NCBI GenBank assembly: GCA_965372795.1
Contig: CBDVDR010000007.1
Location: 1 to 64,000 of the forward strand
Source: an uncultured bacterium
GTDB taxonomy: Bacteria; Zixibacteria; MSB-5A5; GN15; FEB-12
Length of the DNA: 64,000 bases
Direction: 5' to 3'
This document shows, one piece after another, positions 48,379 to 56,375 of the stretch. The notes below the pieces were generated by a model. That model saw nothing but the letters and a program-made list of their open reading frames with translations. It had not been told where the DNA came from and did not search any database. Numbering within the stretch: position 1 is the stretch's first letter; each line of letters opens with the position of its first letter. The position numbers and the translations under genes were made by a program.

Positions 48379-49647
48379 CTATTTAAATACGAGTTGGTCA
48401 ATTTCGCCAAAAGTTTCATAGGAGGAAGTAACCACTTTTTCCCCCGGTTTAAGACCTTCAAGTACTTCGTAGTAGATTGAATTTGAACGCCCCAATCGGA
48501 TAACACGTTTTTTGGCCAGATTGTCTGTCTCATCTACAACATAAACCCATTGACCACCCGTGCTTTGCCAGAAAGCTCCACGCTTAATCAGAATTGCCTC
48601 GGAGGAGCCACCCAGATTAAGGCGGATACGAAGTGTTTGGCCACGTCGGATTCCTTTTGGAGCACTTCCGATAAATTGCAGGTCCACTTCAAAGCGACTG
48701 TTAACAACCTCAGGGTAAATTTTCTCAACCAGCAGTTCAATGTCTTCATCATCAAAAGTAGAGGTTGCTTTTTGTCCGACCTGTACTCTTGAGAGATAAT
48801 GCTGGTCCACCTGGACTCTCGCTTTGAAACCTACCGGGATATCTATTCTCCCCAACTGTTCACCACGATTCTTAGTTTGTCCAATTTCTGCATTCAACGA
48901 AGTCAACTGCCCGTCTATCGGGGCTCGTAACGTAAGATTATCGAGTTTTTGTTTTACCATATCAAAATTGTCTTCCATGCGTGTCAATCCCTCTTGAAGT
49001 TGACCAACCTGAGTCTCCCTGAAAACAGAATCTTGTCGAGCATTTTCAACTGTTAACTCAAACTTAGCGGCGTAGTACTCAAATGTCTCTTTGGCTTCAT
49101 CGAACATTCTCACCGAGATTAACTCCTTTGTCAGAAGCGCTCGAAATTCTTCGTAAGTACGCTTTTTCTGAGATAATTGGTACTTGAGATCAAGCAGTTG
49201 TTCGGCCATTCGAAGCCGATTCTGCTGCATAGCTAAACGAGTGTTTCGTAAGTTATTCGATTGCTGAAAAAGCTCTGCTTCACGAAACATGATATCCAAA
49301 AGAAGATTAGTATTAGCCAGTCGCAGAATAGGGTCGCCTTTGTTGACATAAGAACCTGCCTCAACAAATACCGAGTCCACCTGTCCACCTTCAGTTGCAT
49401 CCAGAAATATCGTCCGAAGAGGAATCACTGTGCCTGTTTCAGGAATGAACTCCTGAAATTCACCTACGGTTACATCTGAAATAGAAATACGTTCGATATC
49501 GACACTGAGTCTGGAACTGTGATCTCCAAAAATTAGATTGTATAGAATTAAAATAGTCGCCAGTCCACCCACTGATAAGTAAGCAATCATTTTGATTGTC
49601 CAGAATTTCCGTTCGATCAGTCTATCCATACGAGAGATGTCACTCAT
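48379..49647 (-). CDS. Efflux membrane-fusion (HlyD/RND adaptor) protein
   Basis: N-terminal TM, EGGQV lipoyl half, coiled coil, RAPIDGQL, EVLEGLKPGEKVV. Confidence 0.9.
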   Translation of the reverse strand: MSDISRMDRLIERKFWTIKMIAYLSVGGLATILILYNLIFGDHSSRLSVDIERISISDVTVGEFQEFIPETGTVIPLRTIFLDATEGGQVDSVFVEAGSYVNKGDPILRLANTNLLLDIMFREAELFQQSNNLRNTRLAMQQNRLRMAEQLLDLKYQLSQKKRTYEEFRALLTKELISVRMFDEAKETFEYYAAKFELTVENARQDSVFRETQVGQLQEGLTRMEDNFDMVKQKLDNLTLRAPIDGQLTSLNAEIGQTKNRGEQLGRIDIPVGFKARVQVDQHYLSRVQVGQKATSTFDDEDIELLVEKIYPEVVNSRFEVDLQFIGSAPKGIRRGQTLRIRLNLGGSSEAILIKRGAFWQSTGGQWVYVVDETDNLAKKRVIRLGRSNSIYYEVLEGLKPGEKVVTSSYETFGEIDQLVFK

Positions 49648-49724
49648 ACACTATTTCTCACAATCTATGTTGCAGTTCAATATTTTTAAGACGGCCAAAT
49701 AGCGTCTCGGTTGCTAAAAGACAT

Positions 49725-49833
49725 TACAATAATCGTGCCAGTTCAAGTAAGTCGTTGTTATACAACAAAACTAATGGTATTGCGGTGGGGTTTTACTGCC
49801 CGCTTATGGAGGTTTGCTGTACGAATGCGTACA
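49725..49833 (-). promoter_or_regulatory. Sigma54 promoter, IHF-like site and TGT-N10-ACA enhancer
   Basis: Minus-strand CTGGCAC-gatta-TTGTA (49725-49741); TAACAAcgacTTA (49748-49760); palindrome TGTACGaatgCGTACA (49818-49833). Confidence 0.75.
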
Positions 49834-50006
49834 CTAAATCCCTTGCCCCAAAGCAACTATCGGATTACTTTGTATGTAAGTCACTGTTAATCAACGATCT
49901 GAATTGTTTTCTCGTGATGGTATGTTTTCTGCTTTCATCTTTACATTGAAAGCAACAACGATTAGAAATGCACAAGAAGTGAAAGTGACAATGGAGTGTG
50001 TGACGA

Positions 50007-51392
50007 ATGAGCGAATTGAATTTTAGTTCAAGCCGAATCCTTGTAGTCGATGACGACCCTGATGTGCTTTTGGCGGCACGACTTCTGCTTAAGCAGCATG
50101 TCGCCGAGGTAGTCACCGAACCTGATCCCAATCGAATCCAAGAACATCTTGGCACGAGCGATTTTGATATCGTGATGTTGGATATGAATTTTACACGGGA
50201 TCAAACGAGCGGTGAAGAGGGGCTCCATTGGCTCAAGCAGATTTTGAAATGGGATCCCGAGATGGTCGTAGTAATGATCACTGCATACGGTGACGCCGAA
50301 ATTGCCGTTCACACGATCAAGAGCGGAGCGACTGATTTTGTTCTAAAGCCGTGGCAAAATGAAAAGCTGCTTGCCACGATGTTCTCCTCTCTGAAGCTTC
50401 ACCACTCACAAAAAGAGGTTGAGAATCTTAAGCAGTCTCGACGACAGTTAAGTGCCGACATGGATCAGCCGTTTGGGGATTTTATTGGTTCAAGTAAGGC
50501 AATGAAAGAGGTGATCGCCACTATCGCAAAGGTGGCGGTAACCGACGCGAACGTTTTGATAACAGGGGAGAACGGGACTGGTAAAGAATTGGCCGCAAGG
50601 GCAGTTTACCGACGATCGCTTCGTGCTGGTGAAGTATTTGTCAAAGTTGATATGGGATCAATAGCCGAGACGCTGTTTGAATCGGAGCTGTTTGGTCATG
50701 TAAAGGGAGCTTTCACCGATGCGAGAGAAGATCGCGCAGGCAGATTTGAGATTGCATCAGGGGGGACGCTTTTCCTCGACGAAATCGGAAATACTCCGAT
50801 CACACTACAGGCTAAACTATTGACCGTTTTGCAAAGTCGCCAGGTTACCAGAGTAGGTTCAAATAGTACAACACCAATTGATATTAGACTAATATCAGCC
50901 TCGAATATGCCGCTCGAGGAATTGGTCGAAAATAAGCTCTTTCGCCAGGATTTGCTCTATCGAATCAATACCATAGAGATTGTTTTACCGCCACTCAGAG
51001 AGAGGATTGATGATATTGATGATCTGGCAGAGTATTATCTCAAGATGTATGCGGGGAAATATAAGAAGAGCGTGAATGGTATCACGCCTGCTGGAATTAA
51101 TAAGCTCAAATGCCAACCCTGGCGCGGCAACATAAGAGAGCTTCAGCATACGCTCGAACGAGCGGTTATAATGAGCGAGTCGGATCAGTTGACACCGGAT
51201 GATTTCCCGTTTAGTCAAAGTGGTGATTTGGCTGACTCAAAACTTATGGCGAGTCATAATTTGGAAAAGATTGAGCGGACTATAATTGTTCGCGTACTCT
51301 CTTTGAATGACAACAATATCAGCCATGCTGCCGAAGTATTGGGACTCACACGCACATCACTTTATCGTCGTATGCAAAAACATGGTCTTTAA
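50007..51392 (+). CDS. NtrC-family sigma54 response regulator
   Basis: Receiver (VDDD, LDMNF), GENGTGKE, ELFGHVKGAFTDA, FRQDLLYR, Fis-type HTH. Confidence 0.95.
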   Translation: MSELNFSSSRILVVDDDPDVLLAARLLLKQHVAEVVTEPDPNRIQEHLGTSDFDIVMLDMNFTRDQTSGEEGLHWLKQILKWDPEMVVVMITAYGDAEIAVHTIKSGATDFVLKPWQNEKLLATMFSSLKLHHSQKEVENLKQSRRQLSADMDQPFGDFIGSSKAMKEVIATIAKVAVTDANVLITGENGTGKELAARAVYRRSLRAGEVFVKVDMGSIAETLFESELFGHVKGAFTDAREDRAGRFEIASGGTLFLDEIGNTPITLQAKLLTVLQSRQVTRVGSNSTTPIDIRLISASNMPLEELVENKLFRQDLLYRINTIEIVLPPLRERIDDIDDLAEYYLKMYAGKYKKSVNGITPAGINKLKCQPWRGNIRELQHTLERAVIMSESDQLTPDDFPFSQSGDLADSKLMASHNLEKIERTIIVRVLSLNDNNISHAAEVLGLTRTSLYRRMQKHGL

Positions 51393-52728
51393 GCATTTTA
51401 GAATACAAATAATCTCGCGCGTTCTCATTTTATGTGTGACTATTTTGGCTGCAGCCTGGCTCCTGAGTGCAACTGAAAAGTATGCCACGACCGGGATGGT
51501 TATCCTATTGTTCATTCTACAGGTGATCTTTCTCATTCGATTTGTTGAAAAAACAAATCACACGATGGCAGAGTTCCTGCAAGCGATTGAATACGACGAT
51601 TTTACTCAGTCTTTCGGGAATGTTGCAAGCGGCAAATCGTTCGACGAGTTGAATCAGGCCTTTGTTAAAGTTTCTGCGAATTTCCGAGAGGTTCGTCTGG
51701 GGAGGGAGGAAAATTACAGATACTTGCAGACGGTCGTTCAGCATGTTGGAGTCGGCATGGTAGCATTTCAGGAGAGCGGAGAGGTCGAACTTTTTAACTC
51801 TACCGCCAAGAAGATACTGCAATTGGCTTCATTGAAGAATATCAATGACCTTAAAATGAAAAGTCCGGAACTTTTAGAACGTATTAAATTTCTCAATCCG
51901 GGAGAGCGCGATCTGGTTCGAGTCACAATTGATAAAAACTTGGTACAACTGTCTCTTTTTATGACTATCCTTAGGATGCGCAATCGCAAAATAACTCTGG
52001 TGTCGTTTCAGAATATCTCCGCTGAGCTTAACGAAAAAGAGATGCAGGCATGGCAGAATCTTATCAGGGTGTTCACTCACGAAATAAAAAACTCTTTGAC
52101 GCCGATCAGTTCTTTGGCTGGAACTATAGAAACTCTCTTAGTTCCAATTACGTCGCAACTAAACGTGAAGAATCGGGAGAGCATTACTGATATCTCCGAG
52201 GCTCTTACGACAATCAAGAGTCGTTCAGAAGGCTTACATGAGTTTATTAATGCTTATCGTGATCTGACAAACCTTCCCCAACCTGTGTTTGAATCGTTCA
52301 AGGTGACCTCTATGTTTGAGCGGGTTGGACAGCTTGTGAAAGATCAAATTCAATCTGGGGGGATTAATTACTGTGTAGAACTATCGAATCAAACCCTCTC
52401 GGTTACAGCAGACAGCAAAATGATCGAACAGGTGTTGATCAATCTGATCCTTAACTCAATCCAGGCTTTGAATGGATGTGAAAAACCGAAATTAAAAGTG
52501 TGTGGGTTTGTTGATTATCAGAATCGAGTAACAATTACTGTCGAAGACAATGGCCCGGGGATTGCGAATACGGCGATTGACAAAATATTCGTACCGTTTT
52601 TTACTACTAAGAAAACCGGCTCAGGAATTGGCCTAAGTCTGTCAAGGCAAATCATGCGTCTTCACAAAGGTGAACTAACTGTTTCGTCTGAACCAGATAA
52701 ACGCACAATCTTAACCATGCGCTTCTAA
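51382..52728 (+). CDS. Sensor histidine kinase (NtrY-like)
   Basis: Start MVFKHF overlaps the regulator stop; two TMs, PAS-like, HEIKNSLTPI, DNGPGI, FFTTK..GSGIGL. Confidence 0.92.
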   Translation: MVFKHFRIQIISRVLILCVTILAAAWLLSATEKYATTGMVILLFILQVIFLIRFVEKTNHTMAEFLQAIEYDDFTQSFGNVASGKSFDELNQAFVKVSANFREVRLGREENYRYLQTVVQHVGVGMVAFQESGEVELFNSTAKKILQLASLKNINDLKMKSPELLERIKFLNPGERDLVRVTIDKNLVQLSLFMTILRMRNRKITLVSFQNISAELNEKEMQAWQNLIRVFTHEIKNSLTPISSLAGTIETLLVPITSQLNVKNRESITDISEALTTIKSRSEGLHEFINAYRDLTNLPQPVFESFKVTSMFERVGQLVKDQIQSGGINYCVELSNQTLSVTADSKMIEQVLINLILNSIQALNGCEKPKLKVCGFVDYQNRVTITVEDNGPGIANTAIDKIFVPFFTTKKTGSGIGLSLSRQIMRLHKGELTVSSEPDKRTILTMRF

Positions 52729-53109
52729 GATGACCATTTGAGCCACAATTGATTATCTGCTTAGGAATTCTCTGCCAGCATAATCACGACAAGATGCAAT
52801 AAAATCTACCATAAAGCCTGTGCTATTTAAATACCGTTTCAACATTCTTGAATTCAGTTTCCATCTGACATAAAGAAAAATGTGTCTTAGATTTCAACTA
52901 CACTTGTCCGGATTGTTTGAAGACATTCAATTCTTTATTCCTAAATTTCATTATATCAACTATGCTTATGCCGCAGTTCTAAATTAGTCCACGATGGCCC
53001 GCCATTATATTTATTATTTCCGAATAGTGGTTCAAATCCTTTTGCTTGCCATATGTGTCCCTAATTTAAAAGGATATTGAAGTAATAACATTGTTAGAAT
53101 ACATCAAAA

Positions 53110-53195
53110 AGTTGCGAAATTCGTCTAATTGGGGGAGCTTTATAATCATAAAAATTTGAACCACTTACACAATAGCTTTATCGCACATTCGAACT
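53110..53195. repeat. att-like junction 3
   Basis: agttgcgaaattcgtctaatt-gggggagcttt...tgaaccacttac...cacattcgaact. Confidence 0.75.
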
Positions 53196-53373
53196 TTAAG
53201 CCACTCTTTCTCGTTATTCCACTATCAGTTAAGGAAAGTTGTATAGCTTTTTAACAGCTTGTACTTTTACTCTTTAATCCTGTTCAATAAATAGACTTGA
53301 CAAGTCTACGCATTTTTTTAATTTAACTTTGTACTTATAAAATACTACTCAATTTTTTATAAATCGAAAACAG

Positions 53374-54159
53374 ATGAAAGGTTTTAATATGAAGTACTTA
53401 TTTATTCTTGTTGTTCTTTGCCTGCTGATAATTGGCTGTTCTGATAATCCCGTCAAAAGCAGTAACGGTTTTATTTCCGTAGAATCCTTTGATGCTCCTG
53501 CTCCGGAAGGCATTGAGCATTTATATTTACATGTTCTTGAAGTATCAACTCATCATTCAGATGACGGTTGGATAGTTTTATCGGAACCTGATACGGTCAT
53601 CGATTATATGGAATTGATAAACGGTATAACTGTTTTGTTAGCCGATAGCGTTTCTCTCCCTGTTGGTGACTACGAGCAAATGAGACTGTTGTTGTCTGAC
53701 TCCAATGAAATTGTTATTGAAGGCACAACTTATGACTTAACTACGCCAAGTGCGCAACAATCCGGGATTAAACTCAATCTGAATTTTTCTGTTGAAGAGA
53801 ACCAACTGATAGAAATCTATGTTGATTTTGATATTTCAAAATCAGTTATCAGTGCCTCATCAAAGTATATACTCACTCCGACATTCCGTGCTTTCAAACA
53901 AATTTTATCTGGCACTATTGCCGGAACAGTCGTTGATGCTCTTGGCGACCCGCTTGAAAATATAACGATTGACGTTGCTGGAGTAGAATATGCAACATCA
54001 ACAATTACTGATGCTGAAGGCAATTATCTTTTGATACTTCCTGAAGATACCTATGATATTACTGCAACAGCTGAAAATCTGACAGCTAATAAGACTTATA
54101 CCGGCGTAGAGTTAAATCCTCTTGATGAATTGACAGGATTTGATTTTATAATGGAATAA
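53374..54159 (+). CDS. DUF4382 lipoprotein with carboxypeptidase-regulatory-like domain (sole gene of segment D)
   Basis: IIGC lipobox, DAP, LP.G.Y.Q.RL, TPSAQQSGIKL, DFD..KSV, GTIAGTV. Confidence 0.85.
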   Translation: MKGFNMKYLFILVVLCLLIIGCSDNPVKSSNGFISVESFDAPAPEGIEHLYLHVLEVSTHHSDDGWIVLSEPDTVIDYMELINGITVLLADSVSLPVGDYEQMRLLLSDSNEIVIEGTTYDLTTPSAQQSGIKLNLNFSVEENQLIEIYVDFDISKSVISASSKYILTPTFRAFKQILSGTIAGTVVDALGDPLENITIDVAGVEYATSTITDAEGNYLLILPEDTYDITATAENLTANKTYTGVELNPLDELTGFDFIME

Positions 54160-54177
54160 TGATAAAAATAATAGATC

Positions 54178-54206
54178 AAACCGCCTGATTTTCAGGCGGT
54201 TTTTTT
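54178..54206 (+). terminator. Intrinsic terminator
   Basis: aaaccgcctga-tttt-caggcggttttttt. Confidence 0.85.
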
Positions 54207-54325
54207 GTCAATTAATATAAAAGCTAAACTCTTTGATTGTTGATCAGGTTACCTATAAGAGAAGAGCAAACTTCATCCACAATTTCTTAGATTTTCTCAA
54301 AAAAACTGCTGATCGTTGCTCAACC

Positions 54326-54357
54326 AGTTACAAAACTCGTCCAATTGGGGGAGCTTT
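54326..54357. repeat. att-like junction 4 (probable outer attR)
   Basis: agttacaaaactcgtccaatt-gggggagcttt, followed by a small hairpin and T-tract and no IHF-like box. Confidence 0.75.
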
Positions 54358-54458
54358 TGACCGCACACACAATGTGTTTTTTTATTGCAAATTCAGACAA
54401 AACATTATTGATTTTAAAATCAATATTAAATGACAAACCAGTATAATATTCTGTATTT

Positions 54459-54486
54459 TGTCGAAACCACATCGGTTTCGACCTAC
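54459..54486 (-). repeat. GTAG-type REP-like palindrome
   Basis: GTAG-GTCGAAACC-gatgt-GGTTTCGACA; same family as 1211-1238. Confidence 0.65.
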
Positions 54487-54515
54487 CAAAACTTCTAAAA
54501 CTGTGAGTTTGTATT

Positions 54516-56339
54516 ATGAATACAATGATTAGGTTTCCGTCAATCAGTCTTTTATTCAACGGCATAGCTACAACGTTCATGCGTTTTCCTTTCGTTCTCT
54601 TAAGCGCCATAGTGGGGACGATTGCCGCTATTAACCTTGTAGATTTCACCAAAGCACCCGATGAGTTTGTTCTGCAAAAGGTGCTGATGGCTGCTGTACT
54701 GGGTCTGTCGCTGTTTATAGCTCTGGCCGTATTTTCAGAAAAACAACAGTTAAGTAGAGGAATCTCCTTAACACTTAAGCTGGGCGGAGTGCTTCTGCTG
54801 GTGGCCTATTATTTTTCGCTGCCCGATCTCGTAAATAACCCGGAGATTCATCTCATACGCTTTATGCTTCTGAATGTCGGTTTACATTTTCTGGTGGCAT
54901 CCCTACCCTTCATCGGAGGAAATCAGATCTGCGGTTTCTGGCAATTCAACCTGTCACTGTTCCTGCGGTTCCTGATCGCAGCCCTCTACTCATCCGTGAT
55001 GTACATCGGTTTGATGATTGCCCTGGCCTCGGCTGACCATCTCTTCGGTTTTGATGTTAAGGAGGAACGTTATTTACAACTATGGATAATCGTTGCAGGG
55101 ATTTTTAATACCTGGATATTCTTAGCCGGAGTACCTCGTAACCTTGAGGAATTGAACAGTTCTGACAAATACCCCAAAGGATTGATGGTTTTTACTCGAT
55201 ATATCCTGCTTCCACTGGTGGCTTTGTATTTTATCATCCTGTTCAGTTACGAGATGAAAATAATCTTCACTTGGAACTGGCCCAAAGGCTGGGTGTCACA
55301 GCTTGTCCTTTGGTATTCGGTTGTTGGCATTCTTTCCCTGTTGCTTTTGTATCCGCTTAGAGAGCGAGTTGGAAACCTGTGGATCAAAATGTTTTCCAAG
55401 TGGTTTTTCCGCGCCTTAATTCCGCTGGTCGTGATGCTCTTTCTAGCCATAATCAGGCGAATTTCAGACTATGGTATCACCGAGAGTCGTTACTTTGTGT
55501 TGGCTATGGCGATTGGGCTCTTCGTAGTTGTTATCTATTTCATATTTAGCAAAGTCAAAGATATCAGGATTATTCCACTTGTTATTTGTGTCTGTGCGCT
55601 TCTTTCTGCATATGGTCCGTGGTCGGCTTTTTCGGTTTCAAAGAAAAGTCAGCAAGAACGACTGGAGGATATTCTGATTGAGAACAAAATTGTGGTTGAT
55701 GGATCAACACATGAAGCTCTCAGTGACTTGCCTCTTGAGGATAGAAAAGAGATGAGCAGTATTATCAAATACCTAACTGATGTACATGGTGTCGAGTCGT
55801 TCAATAAATGGTTTTCTGGCACGGACATAGACTCATTAAAACCCACACCTGATTATACTATAGAGCATCAAATTGCAGGCATGATGGGTTTTGAGTATAT
55901 TTCCCGCTTTGGTCAATCAGGTTCTAAAGAATTTTTCAGGTTTAACACAACGGGCAGGTCTGCTGTGAATATCGAAGGTTATGATTATCTTGTAAGGTTT
56001 GACTGGGTTCCCAAGCATGATTCTATAGAAGTAATAATGTTAGGCGATGATTCATGCTTCATGCGATTTTATCAGGATCAATCCGTTTTCACATTGTCAC
56101 TTGATAATGATTCCACAAGTTTTGAAAATATTACTAAACTTTCACTTAATGAACAGTTTTCAGAATTGTTGACTACTACTAGCAACGAAAATTTGGAGCA
56201 GGATCAATTAACATTTAAGTTTTCAGGTGGCAATATTGATGCTGTGGCAGTAATCTACTTTATCAGTGGATTCAAATGGAACGATTCACTGGAAATCAAC
56301 AACATGAGCATGCAAGTAGTATTGCGTAAACAAAATTAA
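54516..56339 (+). CDS. DUF4153 multi-pass membrane protein
   Basis: RFPF, YILLPLV.LY, W.WPKG.VS, RISDYGITESRY, GPWSAFSVS..SQ..RL. Confidence 0.85.
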   Translation: MNTMIRFPSISLLFNGIATTFMRFPFVLLSAIVGTIAAINLVDFTKAPDEFVLQKVLMAAVLGLSLFIALAVFSEKQQLSRGISLTLKLGGVLLLVAYYFSLPDLVNNPEIHLIRFMLLNVGLHFLVASLPFIGGNQICGFWQFNLSLFLRFLIAALYSSVMYIGLMIALASADHLFGFDVKEERYLQLWIIVAGIFNTWIFLAGVPRNLEELNSSDKYPKGLMVFTRYILLPLVALYFIILFSYEMKIIFTWNWPKGWVSQLVLWYSVVGILSLLLLYPLRERVGNLWIKMFSKWFFRALIPLVVMLFLAIIRRISDYGITESRYFVLAMAIGLFVVVIYFIFSKVKDIRIIPLVICVCALLSAYGPWSAFSVSKKSQQERLEDILIENKIVVDGSTHEALSDLPLEDRKEMSSIIKYLTDVHGVESFNKWFSGTDIDSLKPTPDYTIEHQIAGMMGFEYISRFGQSGSKEFFRFNTTGRSAVNIEGYDYLVRFDWVPKHDSIEVIMLGDDSCFMRFYQDQSVFTLSLDNDSTSFENITKLSLNEQFSELLTTTSNENLEQDQLTFKFSGGNIDAVAVIYFISGFKWNDSLEINNMSMQVVLRKQN

Positions 56340-56375
56340 TTGTTCTTTGCTCGTTTTATTTTAATAGCTGCTAAC

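Larger units (their letters stand above)
33966..54357. mobile_element. Composite genomic island at tRNA-Asn 3' end: four segments delimited by att-like repeats
   Basis: Core GGGGAGCTT at 33967, 43753, 44602, 53132 and 54348. Recombinase abuts the tRNA. Composition shifts between segments. Confidence 0.85.

Noticed and set aside
52740..53100. Degraded minus-strand ORF after the kinase
   Set aside because: Multiple stops and no recognisable motif, so no product can be supported.
43730..54357. att repeats as a CRISPR array or classical integron attC sites
   Set aside because: Spacing is 0.85-8.5 kb, there are no cas genes or IntI tyrosine integrase, and the core equals the tRNA 3' end.
43732..54357. 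Additional tRNA genes at the repeats
   Set aside because: Only 9-11 nt of the tRNA end are present; no D, anticodon or T arms.
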